NCBI GenBank assembly: GCA_973895155.1
Contig: OZ316895.1
Span: forward strand, 19,140,022-19,204,021
Source: Marsupella aquatica
Taxonomy: Eukaryota > Plantae > Marchantiophyta
Direction: 5' to 3'
Length of the DNA stretch: 64,000 bases
Part shown: in pieces, positions 37,301-47,811 of the stretch
Layout: every line of letters begins with the position of its first letter
How positions within the stretch are numbered: position 1 is the stretch's first letter
Notes under the pieces: model-generated
Database searches by the model: none
Seen by the model: only the letters and a program-made list of their open reading frames with translations
Told to the model about the DNA's origin: nothing
Translations under genes and position numbers: made by a program

Positions 37301-37534
37301 TGTCAACTATGTGATAGCTCTAGTATAGAGAATGAATATCATGTATTCATTGCTTGCAAGTTTTATGAGGGGGTTAGGATGGCATCTCAAATCTTGGTGA
37401 AAGATTTGTATGCATTGTTTGGTCTGCCCCCTCAGCAACTTGGAAGATATATCTTTGCGGTGGATAGGGAAAGGAGAATAGGTTTGGAAAATCTTTCAGG
37501 GCTCTCTAGGTCCATAGTTTCTTTGAGGACATAG
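34331..37534 (+). CDS. LINE ORF2 (AP endonuclease, reverse transcriptase, C-terminal CCHC)
   Basis: WNVSGL, TETW, GDFN, TIDY; QAGFR, FVDFSKAFD, QGCPLSP, FADD, YKYLG; RLSSHHLEVEQGRW...CQLC...ENEYHVFIAC (RTE-X-type C-terminus). Uninterrupted 1067 codons; starts at TTG, first ATG at 34340. Confidence 0.95.
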   Translation: MRVMAWNVSGLSIETAIGGEPLFENFDILLFTETWEYEGNALPSIKGFTCIQSIFNEKKTTRGRGFGGIAVYTKNQLQHITSIEHEDPSKQFMVVRLHTRGTPSFLIVTYFAPLNMNVYKMGIADAHYPFHRLIQVIHDISPLGETWIVGDFNVRVSNEQFTESEDLGTLPWSSCSEEIPWVREALDTRTNDMTHHFLHLGASCNLRILNGLERFPQSSGYTFRSKQGCSTIDYLLASPTSATRVVDFQILDQQPESSHLPLLFHFDLTTIPNKVHRKPVPKPLFLDPDREVIFKANFEHLLHTLDDQIELSEVIAQAAASTFSTKPPRKQNMKAWFDEDCARARMQARSHSGEKRLLAFTMYKNFIKHKKRCFLKSHQQSLCEEFIKHPKRFWERMQSGKTTPPLDHQDLVTYVTSLYFFPDASGMPLPLGDTIQFTEREVKVHLSHMQHGKAKDLLGLNLELLLWGGPSLLTNLVHELNQAMALGLPKAWMTRRVVPIFKAGNKDDVHNYRTIMVGNTFAKVLGGLLEARLSSWLESEMKRAPSQAGFRREFSTMDHILCLRVLCEKAKSPHKPLFCLFVDFSKAFDKVSRSKLWDRMVELEVPEELRLAVSKLYQEVRIKLSKETSEEIWSTLGVIQGCPLSPTLFGIFIDQLHNILEEHGGVGTQLGRFVLQLLIFADDVVLLAHAQEALQRHLNALEEFCQATGMVVNLKKTKCLGIGTRQNPELYFQGNLVEFVRTYKYLGVEFSQNLSWASCVKSRAANGYRAFYAFMNKCKRAGLHTWRLRKHLFGALVKPVILYGAPIWGAGVSKSGWQQIEGLQKLFLEMELGIKSQTPYALTLAEAGLFPLEVEALFHTLKYIMRVRELEENRFPFHALRSSSAKGWYADVCRWAHAWDFPEHEWPTHPTKLRAKLEQKALHKLWHEPSPRQQYYMRDVNPMKKYREQEYLSSTISVQLRQLIAQYRLSSHHLEVEQGRWKDIDRKKRVCQLCDSSSIENEYHVFIACKFYEGVRMASQILVKDLYALFGLPPQQLGRYIFAVDRERRIGLENLSGLSRSIVSLRT

Positions 37535-38131
37535 TTGTCCTCTTCTGAGCAATCTCTTTTGGTTGCTCTTTTCTTTGATTGCATTGTACTTTACTTTTTG
37601 TGGCAGCTCCTTTGACTTTCATGGTCCCGGAGCTTATAATACTTTACCATTACCATCTAGAAGCTGATCATCACCTGGATGCAGCAAGAAGTCTCATGGA
37701 TGAAACTCCCTGTTGCCTATAATGAATGCACAGTCTCCGCAAAGTGCTCAATCAATCCATTCAAGATTATTACTGAGGTGCTCAACAACTTGTTTCCAGG
37801 TATAGGCCAATCGGTATTCTGTCACCGAGGTACACAACTTGTTGATAACACTTTGCACAACAAAAGAACCCATGGACAGTCTTATCCACTTCATTGAGTG
37901 GAAGGAAGCACCAATGCACATCCTTGGGCACATCCTTGAATAACATACGCACCATAACTTACACACTCTCTCTCCCATTTCTCTATACTAAGGAGGAGGG
38001 ACATCTGACATCACAAATGAAAATGTAGCTAGGTGAGCAACCTTAAACAAATAATTTCCCACAGAAAACCCTGAGTCAGCATTTACATTCATGACAGATA
38101 TCATGCCACTATACTTCTAGAATGTCAAATG

Positions 38132-41100
38132 TGTTGAGGAATGATGCGGGAAATGATAATGAGATTCCTCTCTATAGAATGAATGGGTGCATCTCTATAT
38201 ATAGTCTCCGTTCGAGTTATCCTATACGGTAACTATGGTTAAGGTAACCATGGAGTCTAGTTAGGGTATAACACTCCCCCTTGGCTATATAGTGATAACT
38301 ATGTAGACAAAAAGTCTTCTAACTAGATTATCATGCTTATAAACTTGACATGATTTGAGTACAAATGAGGAAGGTACTGCCTCGTTAAAACCTTTAACAG
38401 CTCTAAAAAACTCTATCAGGGTAACAGAGAAAAAAAAAATCTCGGCTCTAAAGGAAAAAGAGTACAGCCCTGTCGGTCTTCAAGTGAATCCGGTGGTATG
38501 TGGAGTTAACAGTAACAACTCCACTCCATCAAAATGAACAAGTTGTCGTATGCTCAACGACTCAACAACAACGCGACATGTCTCCAAATCGCTCACCATC
38601 GCGCATACATCTGCACATACATCCTCGCATCAAATACAAATTAAAACATATATGAAAAAATGATTAGTAATTAAGTTATTATCATAAAATCACTTGTCTG
38701 TGGCTCATCTGCGCAAAGTTTAAAGTATAATAATAAATAATGTCATCTCGTGCAACTGAGTGCGTAATGTATGGGATGTAAAAAGTCCAAAAAATATGAT
38801 CTCCCCCTCAAAACAAGGTTTCGAGGAATATATTATTCTCGTAAAACTCAAATATCGAAACTCTCCCTTAGAGTTCAAGGACTCCTAATTAGATTCTTAA
38901 ATAGAGGGTTCTTGTGCAAAATGCACAATTCGCAAGCGTGTGTAGTTGACACACAAAGAAATCTCTCAATCTTAGATTTCAAAAACATGTAGTATCAAAT
39001 AGTTTTTATGTGAAAATAATCTGCAGCACCAAAGGGTGTGCATTCACAACACCAGCGGGTGTGTGTATAATATGGCACGTCTGCCCTGCACGTCTACAGT
39101 TCTCATATTTTGACAAAAAGTGTCAAGTCAATATAGCTTCACATATAACCCTGTGGAATCCGAACATTCAGTCGAATGTCCATGTGTGTCATAGCACAGA
39201 AAAATGCTAGCTCAAAATTATTCGCTATAATGCGGAGGTAAAGTGATATTCATAAACGTCAAACAACTCCGCATAAAAATAGTTTAGAGCTAGTGATAGT
39301 CAAAAGATCCCACTTAATGACCAAGTACCAAAATGTACTCGTAGTGGGTAAATCAAGTGTGATTGGGTTTTGAGAAAATAAAATTTCTCCCCCTAAATAT
39401 GCATTTTATGCATATATTATAGTTGAAAGCTAGAATTAAGTTGGACCGGACAAAGTTATGGGGTTTGCCCATATTAACCCCTCATTACTCATTCTGATTT
39501 GAGTTTACTTCAGGTTTCTAAATATTCGCAGTTAAACCCCTAAACGGTTATTGATTATCCGCTTTTGGATATGGCCGGAAACTAAGGTCATGGAACTAAC
39601 CTGAAGTACTATACCTTAGATTATTCTGGATCTTTCGTGAGAAACATATCTGCCATCGATCACTGGATCTAAGAAAATCTATACCTTACCAAAATACCTC
39701 AAAAACTAGGTCATAGAGCATGGTTAAAGATATGGTATTAGTTCCATACTTAAAAACTATCATCCCACCGAACGATGGCTATAAAAGCTCTCGTTTGAGT
39801 TGTTTATGGTGTAAAGACCATGAGGATAAGACCCTTAAGTAAGATATTGCCCTAATGCAGGGTGTAAATGGGTGTAAACCCATGTCAATTGGTGTAAAAG
39901 TTATAAATGGTCAATTTACACACAAAAAGTGTATGGACCAAAGTTTACTTCCCCTGATGGTGTAAATTGGTGTAAACCAGTGTAAATGCTATAAGCAAGT
40001 GTAATCTGGTGTAACCAGTGTAAACAATATAAACCCAATGTAAAGCATGGGATTATACAATGGTAAGACATACACCAGTGTAAACTGGTGTCATGAGGTA
40101 TAATCTAGGATGGTATCATTAGGTGTAAACTAGGGGTGTAAAATGGTGTAAAAATCATTTCGTGATTGAAATGGGTGTAATAACCACTTTGTAAATGGAA
40201 AGTAGAGGTATTTGGTATAAAACCATTATTTCCAATGTGCAAAGTCAAGTAAGGGTGGTATGACATGTAAATATGTCAAATGCATGTAAAGCATGTGTTG
40301 CACATGTAAGGCATGTTAATGTATGCAAATTCAACAAGTGACATGTAATTTCCCTAAACCAGTTGATGTGTTTACATGTGTAAACTGTGTAAATTGTTGT
40401 GTAAATTTGCAATGTGCACTTATCATTTTCCATTTCATTTGTTTATCCATAAGTGCAAAACATCCGTTGTCAACAAGATTTTCTTTGTTAATATGTGCAT
40501 ATATGGATAGTTTTTCAAAAATGAAGATTTTGCACTGAAACACATGGGATTCTCTTGTCTTTGGATAAGTGCACCCAAGCATTTGTATTTCAGAAACTCT
40601 TTACTATACTGTGCATTTAATGAGGGTTGCACTTATCTGGTGTTCGAGTTTTTCTCGAGGATTTTGAGATCAAATGTTGCATGTTTAAGTCACTCATGTG
40701 TGTCTCTTGAAATCTCACTTGTTGCTTTGGCTCATTCGTTGATTGCGATCAGCTTCTTAGGCTCATTCTTGGACAAGCACAACATTCCATATTTAGGATT
40801 CAGAAAATGCTATCAGATCTAGACCTCACAACGATGACTCGTTTCTTTCGCTGGATGTCATCTCCCGTACGTTCACAACCAAAGCCAAGATGTTCTTCCT
40901 CCACGACATTTGCTTCTATCTTCTCCAATTTGATACGACTGTATCAAATGGCTCTTATTGGAATCTTCATTGAATCAGCAAACGACCAATTCAACATCCA
41001 TGTTTGGCCTCTTGTAATGCCTGTACTTCACTCGATCGTGTGTAATGGGTATTTCCTTTCATCCTTTATGGCTCGCAGATCGACCAACAAGAAACTGTCA

Positions 41101-41821
41101 GCGGTTGAGAAACATTGTGAAATTCAGGGAAAGAGAAGGTGCCTGCGTTCGTCCCTTATGAGGTTAGGGTTTTGAAATTTTTTCTTATGATCCCGATCGG
41201 GTCCTGATTTGCTCTCGATCCACCCGGCTTCATTCAAGGCTGTCTCTGTTTGGCTTCCGGTCTCTGCTCTTCTCTTTCTGCCTCTTGTTAAGGTTGTCAA
41301 CTCATCGCCTCAAGTGATTTAGGTTGATCTGGCCTGGTTGGGTAGAAGGAAGCAGCGCGGCTGAACCCGATCTCTCTTGCCTTGAATACTGCTTTCCCAC
41401 ACGATCTTCAGAATCACCCTTCAAAACAAAATTTCTTTTGATCATATCACAGCCTTCATAAGCTTGCTCTCGGCGCGACCACAATGCTACATCCTGTCGT
41501 TGCTTCAACGTGGCTCATGTTCTCTTGGTGGTTCAAACTACTAGCCTTCTCACTCCCAATTCAATTCTCCTCCATAACTTGGAAATCCTTAAGAGAACAT
41601 TCATTCATCATAGCCATAGGGAAATTCCTAAAAAAAATTCATGATCAAGCTCAGCTGGTCTAGAGTCGTGCTGATAACGTGTTGAGGAATGATGCAGGAA
41701 ATGATAATGAGATTCCTCTCTATACAATGAATGGGTGCATCTCTATATATAGTCTCCGTCCGAGTTATCCTATACGGTAACTATGGTTAAGGTAACCATG
41801 GAGTCTAGTTAGGGTATAACA
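38132..41821 (-). mobile_element. Non-autonomous LTR retroelement (3.69 kb) with 142-bp LTRs
   Basis: LTRs 38132-38273 and 41680-41821 (TG...CA, 3 substitutions); TSD AAATG at 38127-38131 and 41822-41826; PPT reads ctccccc on the + strand at 38274; PBS (minus strand gttatcagcacga) beside 41680; no gag/pol recognised. Confidence 0.93.
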
Positions 41822-43200
41822 AAATGAAACATAGTCACGGATGTTATAGACACATAGCAAATCCAGCTCTCATTTCTCATTGGCCATGTATCAGGCTTAG
41901 AAACCACACGTCGGGCATTTAAATCTTGCACCAACCTTTTGTTGGACTGCTTTGTAAATCAGGGGCGGTGGGGGGTGTTCGGTCAGGGGAGTTTGCCATC
42001 CAAATTCCTTCGAAAGAAAAGATCCCCCAGGCCACCTGCCTCCCAAACCAGACCGTTTGGGTCTGGTGGCTATAGACGGACCCAGGTTCTCACCAAATAT
42101 TTCACATTTAGAAGACCTCATTAAGATGTGTTGAATTTATTGAAGTATGGGAAGTCCAAAATAGACCCACATAATCTCATGCCCACCCCAAGAAGTATAA
42201 TTAAAAATTTCCCACCCACACTCATCAGGACTTTCATAGAGGGGTGGGAACAAAAAGGATAGATTTTCTTGCCAAACATAAAACTACGCAAAGTTGAGGA
42301 GGGATGGATGTAGAAAGTACCCACCAAGTTGAATATTGGAAGGCAGCCAAAATAAGTTACAGTATCCATTTTCATCAGTTACACTAAATCAATATGAAAG
42401 CTGTAAAGTTTGAGGAGCTACAATACGGATATTGTGGACTTAGGGACCTGAAAGGGTGTGATTCTCTTAGGCTATTCTTAATTCAGAGATCACTCATTCA
42501 TAACTCGGCCACCCGGATTCAGATTGAATGTTGTTACATGATATTGTGCGAAGCCCGGGCACAAGGAACAGCACCGCCTGGGATGCATGACCGGAAGCAG
42601 CTTTGGATTCACAGTACCGGTAAATCCGGCGCAAAACGAGGGAGAGTAGTTGGAATGTCTTGTTGCCCAGAGAGGGAACGAATAATGGCCGAATGATGAA
42701 AGCGCAATCTAAGAGTCCAGATAGCACCCAGTCACCCACCACAACCGATCCTCCCCCCCTTCCATTCCTCCCTCGCACCCTTATTACTCCTTTCCTCGTG
42801 TGAAGCTCGCAGACAGAGAAAGTCGAGAGAGAGCAGGGGAAGGGGGAGGACACGGCGGAAGGGAGGGGGCAACACAGGGCAGGGCAGCACTTAGTTGGGC
42901 TGCTCTCTCTGGTCCTGCCTACCGATGCCATCTCCAGCTTCACTCTCCGGTGCCTTCCTGTTCCCTACTCCGTCCCATTTCGCTCCCCCGTATTCTCGTC
43001 GTTCCCCACCAAGCAGCAACCATGATCATGTTAACCATGACGATGTTCGACGAAGTTCCGCCTCTCCACCGGTATCTGTTGTGAGGAACGACCAATCGAT
43101 TCATCGTCTGAAGCACTTCGGGTTGTTTTTCAAGTCCTCTTCGTCTTCGACAGGTCTCGTCTGACTGATTGGTACATTCTCGTTCCCGGATTTCGTGCTC

Positions 43201-43230
43201 TCGTCTCGTCTCGTCTCGTCTCGTCTCGTC
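43201..43230. repeat. (TCGTC)6 microsatellite
   Basis: Six perfect pentamer units. Confidence 0.95.
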
Positions 43231-43809
43231 TCGCTGGCCTTGCAAAGGACCTAGTGCGGTACTACTTCCCCATACTTTTGGCGGATTGCCTTGCGGACAG
43301 ATCTGTTATTGATGACGCCACTCACAACGGGGCAGGGTCAGGTGTCTCCAACGCCGAAGAAAAAGAAAGTCTGCTTTGGGTTTTCCAGAGTTAACTGTAT
43401 GCAACAACAACAAGAAAGAGCCGACGGAGATCACAACTGCAGGGGAAGAGCAGACCAGCGTGGCATGGTGAGTGTGGGATGGTGATGAGTTACATAGCAA
43501 GGTGCTGATGGTGATGAGTGGTTGAGCAATGTGACGAACTGTGGTTTACCGGGCTGGAACTGAAGCACATGGAGAGGAAAATCTGTAGATAGTAAGAGAG
43601 AGATATTGACATAGTTTTAGAAATAGAGCGAGAGGTGGAATGAAAGGAAGAGCTGGGTTTGTTCAAAAGAGATTGGTGTACAGGTGGAATAGTGCATCTA
43701 CTTGGTGTGAATGGGAGAAAAGATAGTCAGACCTACCAGGAGAGGAAGAGAGGAGCCTCAAGAATTAAAACAGGAGGAGGAGGAGGAGGAGAAAGAATAG
43801 AATTTCAAC

Positions 43810-45432
43810 ATGGCTGGCTACGATCCGAACTCTACAAGCCAAGAGAACGCAGCAATGGTCTTGGCTGCGTCCATAGGGGATTCCACGGCCGAGCTGCAAG
43901 GGAACCATTCTAAGAACCGAGCCCACCGGAAAGGGATGTGGACAGTGGCCGAGCTGCTGGTGATGCAGGCCTCCAGACGGGAAGATTTCGAGCGGCAAGC
44001 CAAGGGGGGCATTGGAGAGAAGCATAGATCTGCACAGGAGAGATGGAGGTGGATAGAGGACCAATGCTGGGCGGCTGGAGTGAAGAGGAGTGCTGCACAG
44101 TGTCAGGACAAGTGGGAGTGCATTGCTGCCGAATTCAAAAAAGTGAGTGACTATGAGAAGTCCATCCCGCCCGGACAGGCATCCTACTGGCAAATGGGGT
44201 CTGATGACAAGAAGAAATATAAGTTGCCACCCAATTTTCACGAGGAAGTGTTTCTCGCCCTGAGGGATTGGTATGGGAAGACCAACCTCCGTTCTATCGA
44301 CCCGGGCACCATCCTGTTTGATACTCCAGCACCCAATCGAGCCGGTGGTCCTGGTAAGTTCTACTCGTCCCAAAGCGTATTTTCGAAAACCTTCGTAACC
44401 GGGATTTTCAGGCATTTTTCTTCCTACAGTCAAACCATTCGAATTCGGAAGATTGCCACGTTCTCTGACATACGAACTGCTTGTTATTCTGGCATATTAT
44501 CAAACATGAAATACTTTCTGCAAAAAATCATGTCATTGCATTCAATTACCTTCCAAGTGTTCATTAAGGCCAAAAGACAAGTCGCTTGAGGTCTTTCAGA
44601 TTCTTGGAGCCTAGACGATGGAGCTTGTTTCCCTGACATAATAAACTCGATGACAACTAGGTCCGATGAAAATCTTGTTGTACAGTTCTTGCTTAATTAT
44701 TTTTCAAGGCTAAAAGTGCAAGTCTGTGGAGGTAACTGTAGGTCCTTGTAGCCCATATTATCAAGCTAAGTCCACGAGATACAAGGAGTCAAGACTTTAG
44801 TGATGTCCGATTACAAATACTTTATCTAGTCAGTATCTGATTGTTTCTTGGGTACAAAACCAACTGTCTTGAGGTCACGTGGGGTTCTCAGAGCAATCGG
44901 TGAGGATTAGACAATTGTTCTGGGGCTTTCTTCGTCATAATGTGATTTGAAGTCCGAGCGTTGCGAAAGGTTTGTAGTTAGCTCGTGTCGCTCTGATCCA
45001 CCTTACATGGACTTAGTAGAAGGACATCAGCGGTGATAGCAGCGTTTGCTTTTGTCTACAGAGTTACTCGCAGGAGGGTACCCAGGGAACTCCGGGGCCG
45101 CCAATATGGACTTTTCGGGCTCGCTGGGGGCAGAGTCCGATGACAACGATACTGGGCGCTCCAGCAAGAGGAGGAAGTCTATGTTCAAGATGGCCGAAAG
45201 CCTTGTAGCTGTGCTGGAGCGGAACAACAAAAACATGATAGCTGCATTGCGGGAGTCAGAAAAAAGAAAAGATATTCGGCATCAGAAGACCTTGGATTTT
45301 GAGAGGGAGAAGATGAAGGCTTCCATGGATCTGCAGCTGCAATTGGGTAACGGGTACATAGGAGCACTGGCCAAAATTGGGGACGGTCTTGACAAAATTG
45401 GGAGTGCCATGTGGGGCCACGGAAGGCCTTAA
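43810..45432 (+). CDS. Trihelix / Myb-SANT-like transcription factor; join(43810..44353, 45062 or 45074..45432)
   Basis: RKGMWTVAELLVM...RWRWIEDQCW...RSAAQCQDKWE...YWQM...KLPPNF (ASR3/GT-like). Donor g|gtaag at 44353; two in-frame acceptors; C-terminal coiled coil. Confidence 0.88.
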
Positions 45433-47811
45433 AGCGTCCCTTTTGTCGTCAGTGTGTGGTCAGTTGGTCAAGCAATTGGAGCTTGTCCCCTGACAAGGGC
45501 AGACATACATTGTACAAAAAGCTCGAAGGATTCTTTGAGGACAGGGGAGCATTAAAGGCTAAGTTTAACACTGACGCGGCCATTGCAAAATGACTTGAGA
45601 TCCAGCATCACGTTCACATTATTGTTACCGCAAAAAGCTCACTGGGGTCTTGATTGGATGTAGGTTCAGTCATAAAGAGATCTTGTCTACATGCAATTTG
45701 CAAACCGTTGATTTGAAATATTAAAGGCTTGCAGAGAATGTCATGTTCTGTACATGGTGTGAAATTTCTCGATAGGGCTGTGTAAATGGTAGAATTCGGA
45801 TACCATAATCCATATATCGTCAAGCACTTCTCATTGACTATGCCATCCTCTCCATCACTATTGACCTTCGCGTTCAGTTGGAGCTGGTTTTGGTCGTAAC
45901 TTCATAGTTGCAAATCAGTCTGTCCATCAGGATTTCTCACCCAATGTGGAAATTTGAAAGATTATTAGGCGTTTAGCTTTCATTGAATATTTTGGTCAGC
46001 CATTCTCTATCTGATGCTTTCCCTCTCACTGCCCATTTCCTGATGTAATGTTCGTAATTTGGTCTGTTAGTGGATCCTTGTGAAGACATCACATTGCAGT
46101 GTGTGGATTGATGTCGTTGTCCTCCGTCCCACCTTGGATAGAGCCGGACGGCATTCAGAGAGAGGAGTTATCTCTGGTGCGAGATCATTGCACCTTTTTG
46201 ACCCTGACTGGTATTTCCGTTGCCCCCTTAGTGGCCACTGTAGACTGGAGACTTTCATCGTCAAAGCCTCTTATTCTCAGGAGCGCAGTTATGGGATGCG
46301 GGTGGGGATGCAGGTGACCTCGCCCGTGAAGTAGAAGTAAGGTGGACGCTAGTCGCTTCTTGGCCTCGGCTATTAATCTCGGTTTCAATGGACTGGTGCC
46401 TCACACTAATTAAAGTAAATAGCTTTAATCGTTGATCTGCGGAAAACCTCGTCTAGGTTTTGAAATAGGTGGACTTCCGGTGTTAAGCCTGAATATCGAT
46501 GACTGGAATTCAAATGGCAGATAGGCGACTTTTACACGAGTTGGCCGAACATGCGACTTGTGCTCAGGTTAGTTGGCCGGAAATTTCAAAAGTGGAATGA
46601 ACTTCTTCCCAGGACTTCTTTTACTTTGTTCGGTGGCCGCTCACACCATTTTCATCTTGTGCATAAGCAGATAATTTAGACAAGTAACAGGACACCATGG
46701 AGACGAAAGTAAGACAATCACAGGTGGTCCTCATCCTCGAGCACAAGAACTTCTGTATCTTGTATCAATTGGAGTTACTAAAACCATGCGAGGTATTTTG
46801 AGATCGCACAATGGCACACCTTGTGAGCGTCTTTAATCACACTCCAACTGTAGTCAAGTACACAGGTGGCATTATCATCAAATTTAACTGTGGTTGGTAG
46901 GTTAAAATAATGATGTACAAGCGAAATAGGTGTCTAGGAATAAGACTTGGTCCTATAACAAGGTGGGAGCAAGGTGGGAGCCTGGGAATCGGTGAGATAA
47001 AAAGTAGCCTGGGGAAACTTCTCGGGTTTGCGTTCTTGTTGAAGTCTAGAATTTAAAATTTTCCACTCTAGAGGAAAATTTTTGTGTTGTCTGATAGTGA
47101 AGTTTGATAGAGAACCCTTGCAATCCTTATGAGACTGAAGGGAATAGAAAAAACGTGGAATAGACTATGAAGACCAACCGAGAGTCGGCAAATCTGTCGG
47201 TCGCATGGGCACGGTCTAAGACAAACCCAACTGTCCTGTGCGATAGTGATGCTTTTTCGATTTGTGACGCATATCTCCATAGCCCATATATACGTTTACC
47301 TCGTCCGAATGTCATTTTTCATGCTACATCGTGTGATAGAGATGTAGTTTTTTGCCCATGAACTTGCCTAAAACTCCAAAGCTACTTTCTTTCATCTTCA
47401 TCCACGATAACAAACTCAGTTCCCTACACATGTGAGAAATATATTTCGAGAAAACGAGAAAGATTTCATGTACAAATATGAAGAAAAATTGGCCCTTGGG
47501 AGATGTTTCCTCCCCGTGCCGTGGCAGAAGTTGTACTAAAGATCAATGTAAGAGTACAGAATAGTGTTGACTAGTCTACTACTCGGGGGTATCAATTATA
47601 CAATTCTCAGACTAAATGTGAGAGCGCTATCTTGTACAAGTGGTGATAGCATCAGAAGCAAAGCTTCCACTGAAAATCTACAAAGTGGATAGTGTCAAGT
47701 GCCCGAAAACATACTTCTGGGGACGATGAAGAAACTATCCTCAGGCTTCAGTGTTCACCAGAAAAGATACAGAGCTATTTCCGGTTATATGGACCCCTTT
47801 TCACAAATGAA

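Larger units (their letters stand above)
33241..37656 (+). mobile_element. Apparently intact full-length non-LTR retrotransposon (RTE-X-like LINE)
   Basis: Repeat-containing 5' UTR, ORF1, ORF2 (APE-RT-CCHC), short 3' UTR and a taccattaccat tail. Confidence 0.92.

Noticed and set aside
33236-37700. Clean nested insertion of the intact LINE into the older LINE, with an ACCAT TSD
   Set aside because: Sequence after 37656 does not continue the older LINE reading frame, and ACCAT is also the tail unit, so a TSD cannot be established.
38228-38250. Resemblance of the LTR sequence gtaactatgg-ttaaggtaacc to the 28S rRNA R2/homing-endonuclease target site
   Set aside because: Short gapped match with no flanking rRNA similarity; most likely chance.
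41648-41679. tRNA-Ile gene
   Set aside because: Only the 5' half is present, with no T-arm or acceptor stem; it sits at the PBS position of an LTR element.
42895-43164. Ser/Pro-rich ORF upstream of the trihelix gene as a gene or conserved uORF
   Set aside because: Low complexity, no recognisable domain, and no evidence that it is in the transcript.
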